Shown: positions 57,543 to 64,000 of the stretch, in pieces | Numbering within the stretch: position 1 is the first letter of the stretch | How the letters are laid out: each line of letters opens with the position of its first letter | DNA from: Tubulanus polymorphus | Lineage: Eukaryota > Animalia > Nemertea | Direction: 5' to 3' | DNA length: 64,000 bases | NCBI RefSeq assembly: GCF_964204645.1 | Contig: NC_134028.1 | Coordinates: forward strand, 3,906,001-3,970,000 | The notes under the pieces: generated by a model | Databases searched by the model: none | What the model was told of the DNA's origin: nothing | What the model saw: only the letters and a program-made list of their open reading frames with translations | Position numbers and translations under genes: made by a program

Positions 57543-60500
57543 GTTTATAGTCTATGCACGTAGTCTTCTTGTATTAACCGTGTTCGATAAAATGCAATTC
57601 ATAAAATGTAAAGTGAAATAGATATGATGAAATACGTCACATGCAAATATATATATTGAGTTCTCGAATAAGCATGAAGTGCAGATGAAATTTTTAGATT
57701 CTTTGTCGGAGTGTCAGTATCACCTGTATGTAATTCAACATTCAATTCAACAATGTACAACTCTTCACCGCACATGTAGCGCTTATCTCTCAACTTGAAT
57801 TATATTAAAAACTCGAAACAAAATCAATCGTCGTGCAATGACTAAAGTTTATTTGATATATCATAAAATCTGATCATTTATAAGCGGCCATTTCTTTCCA
57901 ATATAAAATTCAATTCAATTTTTGAATATGATATAGGTGCAATCATGATTCTGTCTAGACCAATTATCTTGTAACATTTGTCATATAAATCATTGCTTAT
58001 AATGTCTAATCATTTAACATATCAATGAAATAAAATTTCTATACTTATTTTAAAAAAACCCAACAGCTGAGTTAGATACGCAAATTCATTTGAATTGATA
58101 AAGGGAACCTCAAGAAAAATTCCAAAAGTTTCAAGCTCTGTTGCTTCTGGATTTGTGATGGCGCGGTCGAAGAGAGCAGATGGTGTATTGGAAAGCGAGA
58201 GATCGCTTCTCAATTAAACTCATATTTGGATGTCCCCGGCACGCGGCGGGATCATTCGCTTTGTCGGTAAAAATAACACGCAGATTCCGATGCATCGGTC
58301 GTTTTGTTCTCTTCTTAAAACATAAAATAGCCGCCGGAGAAATGAAATAAACTTCGACAAAAATGACTCTTAAAATTCCGGTTGAATTCGCCGGAGCACG
58401 TGGCGATCATTATCACCAGCAAGTACTTCATACTTTTTGTTCGTCTGAAATTTCACTGGCGGGCGTCTTCTATTAACGACAAACCGCAAAGAAAGGATGC
58501 ATTGTTTTTTTCACTCGCGTCGTCGTCGTCTTCAATGATGTCTCCCGTGTACACGTCAAAACGCTTCGATAAATACCTCAACCCTTTATGAAAGATGAAT
58601 AAAACTGCAAAACGCGGCCAATTGATATGTACAGCAATCTGTGCGAATACAAAGAGAGATTCTTTCTAGAAGATTTTTGTATATAATTTGATATTTTTGA
58701 AGGATATTGGAGATTTCGATCGGGTCACAGAGGTTAACTCTGTTCACTCATATTACAAAAGGCCACGCGTTTTATATTTATTCGGTGTTTTTTCGCGGTG
58801 AAGCCAGTGATTTATAAAATACTTAAAGACTGTTTTGAATGCGGTTAGAAAAATGCCGTTGCTCATTGAATTTTGATGAAAAGATAATGATTCGGAGAAC
58901 TGGGTATAATTACGGTTTCAAAGAGACGCCATTTTGGGTAGCCTGGTGCGACGCAGCGGATTCCCCCGCCGGCTCGTGGCCACTTACAGGGTTTGAACAT
59001 TGTCTCCTGTATCGAGAACGACGTGGTCCCGTCAATCGAATACGGATGACATTTTTTGTTTCGTGAAAGAGAACGAAATACAAATAGTCGATGCGAGTAA
59101 AATTTTGATCGTTTTTGCATGACATTGGGCACGTTTGCCCCCGGCATAAGGTTGGATGGATACAACAGGGCAGATATTGTTGTCTATTCGCTCGTCCGCA
59201 ATGATTAAAATGGCCCGAAAAAGCAGATGGGTTATCGATGATGCGGTAGTTTACGTGCGATGGGCTATTTATTGTGTCCAGTGATCGTGACCGGGTTTGC
59301 ATTGTCATAGGGCACGTATCTTCAACTGTTAACAATTTCATGCTGTTTGTTGTTCATTGATGCAAGGCGACATAACATGTGTTCCGTCGTTGGAATGTGA
59401 TAAAGTATCACCCCCTGAAAACGATTAGCGGTCAACGGAATGAGCAAGGTCCATTTTGTCTCTTGATCGTCGACGCTGGTGTTTGTGTTCAACACCGTAA
59501 TTAGTGGTCGTAAATGGATAACGACAATTTCTCGTTGATGGATAGTTAAAGTTTATAGCCTTCGAAGTTTCTTTCAAAGATATCTCACTTATAAATTAGT
59601 GGCAATAACGCGATGTAATGTGAAATCCTAAAATCTATAATTATTGCCTGATGACCCTATAAAGTACCCATGTAGGCCTATACATGTATTCTGTATATGC
59701 TATTCAAGATGGGGGACTGTTCATTATTAGCATAACGGTGTAATTTCAAATCAACCTGATGTAATTCTCAGCAGATGAATTTCAAATCTCAGAGATTATG
59801 TACGATGGAAATTTATCATTAAACCTTATTTTAACTGAAATTTTACGTAACATAGTCCTGTGAGTAAAACTTCGAAGGAACATATACGTGCAATAACCTT
59901 GAATTGAGAAAACCAAGTGTTCTTATCCAATGAGAAAAATTCTTTTCTATACTTATGACAATCGTTTCGTTGGTTTCATTTTTCCACAGGTTGCCCATTC
60001 GCCATTGAATCGAGGAGTTGGATTTTGAGCTGCGAACAAGGAAAACGCCATGGAAAATGTCAGTGGTGAAAAGCAGGAGCTTTAGAAATGTCGCGAAAAC
60101 TTTCTCTTGCATTTTACGAAATAAATCTCTACAGATTGTGAATTTGTTATTTTTCTGGTGGGGGTCACGTGCACAGCATATTAGCCGATAAATGTGCTCG
60201 AAAATATAGGGCTCGTTGACAATCTACAAAAGTCAACCTGGGAACAAAAATACTGATGCGGACAGCGACATAATAAATGAGCATTCTTCACTCAATTAAC
60301 GAATTGAATTTTCCGACCGGGCGCACGTTACTGCACGTGACCACCATTCGCGCGCATTCAGCCTGCATCCGGTTTGACAACTTAAGCAACATTAATATGC
60401 ATCATCACAAATGAACTTTCTTTGACAATTACAAAAGAATTTCACGCCGTCCCAAAAGAAACCCAAACGTTTGGGTTTGTATGATGTAAGCCGTCGATTT

Positions 60501-63500
60501 TTGCCGGTCAAGGATCGTTTAGTTGACGGCTGCCAGGTGCGTGCGCGGCGTCTCGGTTGCCATTGTTTCCGGAAGTGAACAATAACTCGGGTGTCAACAA
60601 CTAAGGAAACGAAGAAACAATGCACCCGTGGCGTTGTACCGAATTCTAAGATTTTATTGTCACACGCCTTAAGATCGTGATTTATTTGCGAGGAAACGTT
60701 GCGGATTTGTAATGGAAACCAGACACATTCTGATAAGCTAATTAATTATTTCAGACAATGATTCCGTTCATTATACCAGTCCGTCTACCTACGACAGGGA
60801 TAGCGGTTCATTGTGCCTCACCAACTCGACACAACTTTCACAAGAAATCGTCGCGCGCCTTCGACAAAACAAAGATTATAACTGAGGACGGAAGTTCTTA
60901 AAAACGGCAGGCTTATTTCCTGTATTTCTATTCTTTCCGAAAACAATCCTGACATAAATGGACTGAATTAGCTGATATATGAACACAGATACGCTATATT
61001 ATGGCTGCCATAGAAGTTGCTATCTACGCAAAGTTTCATTTTGCGGCTCAACTTAAGCGCTTTAAAGACCCCTAAAAGTAAGAATCAATCGGAACAGTCA
61101 TATGCATGTCATCCCTAAACCGGAACGTTGTCACCGCGCGTATATATTTTTTACTAACCCTTATGTAAATAAAGTGATATTGACAAAACGGTTATTCCCG
61201 TATCTACCACTTTTCTTCCGATATTTTATTATATTTCATTCGATGGCTGCGCATTATTGACATTACTATTGATAACGAGGTTTTTTATTGCCTGAATTGC
61301 TCAAAAAGTGTTTTGATAGCCCGTGATACTCGGAAGTCAGCGACGTCGGCAATTGATCAAGCAATTGTCACCAAAGATTTTTAGAGTCGTTTTCAGTCAA
61401 TCGACCTGAAATATTGGTCGAGGTTATCTTGAAGTCATCGCTATAGTAATATTGACTTGGCGATGATGTATTTAGGATAGGTCGCGACCTCTGAGGTGTG
61501 TCTTTTACATACCAGGCCAGTAATATCCCGATGATTACTTTTCGTCTAAATAGTGATGGGCTTCTGATTGTATGTACGCACGCATTGCACCGAGCCGATT
61601 TTTTCTTTCTTTTTGAATAGAATGGCGCACTTAACTCTTCGCTGTTTTGAAATCAAACGTTTGGGACATTAACGCCCTGGTATATCTGTGAAGAGACAAA
61701 AATGCATTGGCCCTTGATAAAAACAGCCATTGATTTATATTTGCAAACATAACCGACCTGGGTATACGAACATAAGTTAATCCCGGGAGAAAATGCATTT
61801 CAGAAAAAGACGTTTTTGGGTGCTACTTTTCCATGCATTCGATGTCCGTTGCCTTTTTTGTAGCGAACGGACTTTAATAAGATCATATGCATGACCAGGG
61901 GCCATTTAACAGGCGCGAGATTCGGAGTTGGCAGATGGCCGGCTACAGGTGACGCAACCCGAGTAAAACTTTACGTCAAAATAATATCATGTTTGGCCAC
62001 CATTTATAAATAATTCATACCGATAAATAGTTTTGTCGTTAACAACAGTTAAGGGCGCATTATTGTTTGTGTGATAAATTTGGCTTTATGTTCATTAGTT
62101 ATAAGGTTACTCGGAGCCGAGTAACCATAATAAACGGGTCTATCGGTCTATTTAATAAGCGCGTTCTCTGAGTGTCAAATTGCTACCTTTCTCTTTCTCC
62201 GTGCTTAGCAACCGAATTTTTGTCGTATCGACGTTGCGCAATAGTTATCCATGGCGATCGCAAGATTCGTATGGAACTGAACGGACAATGGGCACAAGAT
62301 CAGCGATTGGTGAAGATGTTTTGTTGCAACACGGGCGATGTTGCGTAAAAAGATCAAGTCATTACAATAAGTGTACTTGATGCGTATTCCCGCTTTATCC
62401 GCGCATTCTCGATGAAGTCATGTCCAAACAGCGGCACAATCACCGCTGACCACTGGGCAGGTGTCGGGTGACACCCAAACGTAAACAACAACGACAAATG
62501 CTTTTATAATTTTCCATGTTCTATCTTCAAGTGTGTATGTAGTATGAAAATAAGGGAGCTCTTAGAATCTGTATGTAGGTATTCGAAGAAGCCGGAAAAT
62601 GGACAAGTAAAACTATTGTATTTGATAATATGGGTCGTGTTTTATCTCGACATGCACTTCCATTTCGTGATAAGCTTGTTCTTTCGTTCTGTTTCCCAAT
62701 TCCGACCAAGTCGTGATGGTTGCCTATAGAAAAATGAATTGGGTCGTTCGTTTGGTTGGCAAAGAATTGATTCTAGATGCTTTAAATATTAAAGACTGAT
62801 TCTAGAACGCCGTCAAAGATGACTTTAGATCGATCCTGTGAAGTTCGTAAGATATTCGTAACCTTTCACAAAATGTAATTTAATTCAATTTTCCCTTGAA
62901 AAACGCGTTAGATTCAGAATATTTGAAATATTCGGTATGCATTTCAGCGATGAGCGACGGAGCCGAAACTAATTCAGTTGTCGTGTAAATAAAGCGAAAA
63001 TTATACGCATTAAAAATGAAGTGACTACTTTTGATCTGAACTGGGGGATAATAAGTCACAAAGACCGATGATTAAGCTGTAGCTGAAGAGAGATTCTTAT
63101 CTCCGAGATTGCGCCCATCCAGTCAATACAGAACCATCATTCGAAAACAATAGATCTCGCTATCCTCGGCCATCTGCCGAATAATTATCAACCGACCACA
63201 AAAAAACGACCAGTTCTAAAATTACAAATTACGCGAAATTCGATCGCTAAAGTTCTGAAATAAAACATTTTATATACGCATATTTCCAAACGTCAAATAG
63301 AAAACCTTATCGAACTGAGAATTAATGGTTGGTAATCGGTAATGGTAACATTGATATAGCTACAGTGTTTTTATTGAGTAGTCGTACTGTCTGAAAACCG
63401 ACTCTCGAGGGATTCAACGTATAATGGAAATTCAATTGTTATTGTCAACAAGGAGCCGTCGCTGAAGTGACATATTCTGTAATTAAGGAAAATTGAATTC

Positions 63501-64000
63501 CGATGTAATGAGTCGTGTTTAATCAAGTGGTAAAAGATAATACCCGACCCTACGTACGATCAGATGTATTTTTTACGAGAAACCACGCATAAACTGGCCG
63601 TCAGATGATACATGTTTAGATTAATACTGAAAATCATCAATTTACGGATCCACCACATATAAACGATGTTATCACTAGATGTTAACAATAAAGATAACTC
63701 GATACCGTTTTGAAACTATTTCTAGATAACGGGTATAGTTACAGTTATTGTCGTGAGTGCAACGAGGGATTATGTAGCACTTGTTCTATCGATGGCCCGT
63801 TGTCATTTGGTATCCGCCACCCGGCTGTGGCTAACAGGTACCTTCACTCGACAGATGGTGGCACAAAAATTCTTCTCCGCAGAAGGTGTTAAAGTCAACC
63901 AATGAACGCCCATTTTCCGTCTCACGTGACTCGAGGCGATGGGCAAAATACAAGTCTTGCGTAGTCGACATCTTAGGCGTAATTCGAAAATTACTTCCCT

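Noticed and set aside
58839-59341. Cluster of 75-143 aa ORFs on both strands
   Set aside because: No recognisable domain, and no consistent splice sites linking them.
63746-63784. B-box-like CxxCxExLCxxC (YCRECNEGLCSTC) in ORF 63710-63892
   Set aside because: The His ligands are not properly spaced, there is no TRIM context and the ORF lacks an ATG. At best a decayed fragment.

Overview
AT-rich eukaryotic (animal) genomic DNA with GT-AG spliceosomal introns, most consistent with an invertebrate, probably a lophotrochozoan (inferred from gene and repeat content). No prokaryotic features and no CRISPR array. Left to right: about 14 kb with no recognisable protein gene, holding an intact tRNA-Val(TAC), RFX/E-box/CRE-like motif clusters and MITEs; a 14-exon SEC14L1/5-like gene (- strand); an 11-exon PSMD12/RPN5 gene (+), head-to-head with it across about 710 bp; a TMC5/7-like channel gene (+); a 22-exon gene (-) of about 1,000 aa combining a basic N-terminus, one PLAT domain and an ankyrin-repeat C-terminus, convergent with the TMC gene; an intronless class A GPCR broken by one in-frame TAA; and a 4-exon secreted C-type lectin (-). 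Introns carry several MITE families, a tRNA-derived SINE head and two short Penelope-like insertions. I found no demonstrable new biological system. The best leads are the TMC plus PLAT-ankyrin gene pair (a mechanosensory-module hypothesis), the Penelope-like inverted mini-elements and the single-stop GPCR. Exon coordinates were read by eye and should be confirmed by spliced alignment.
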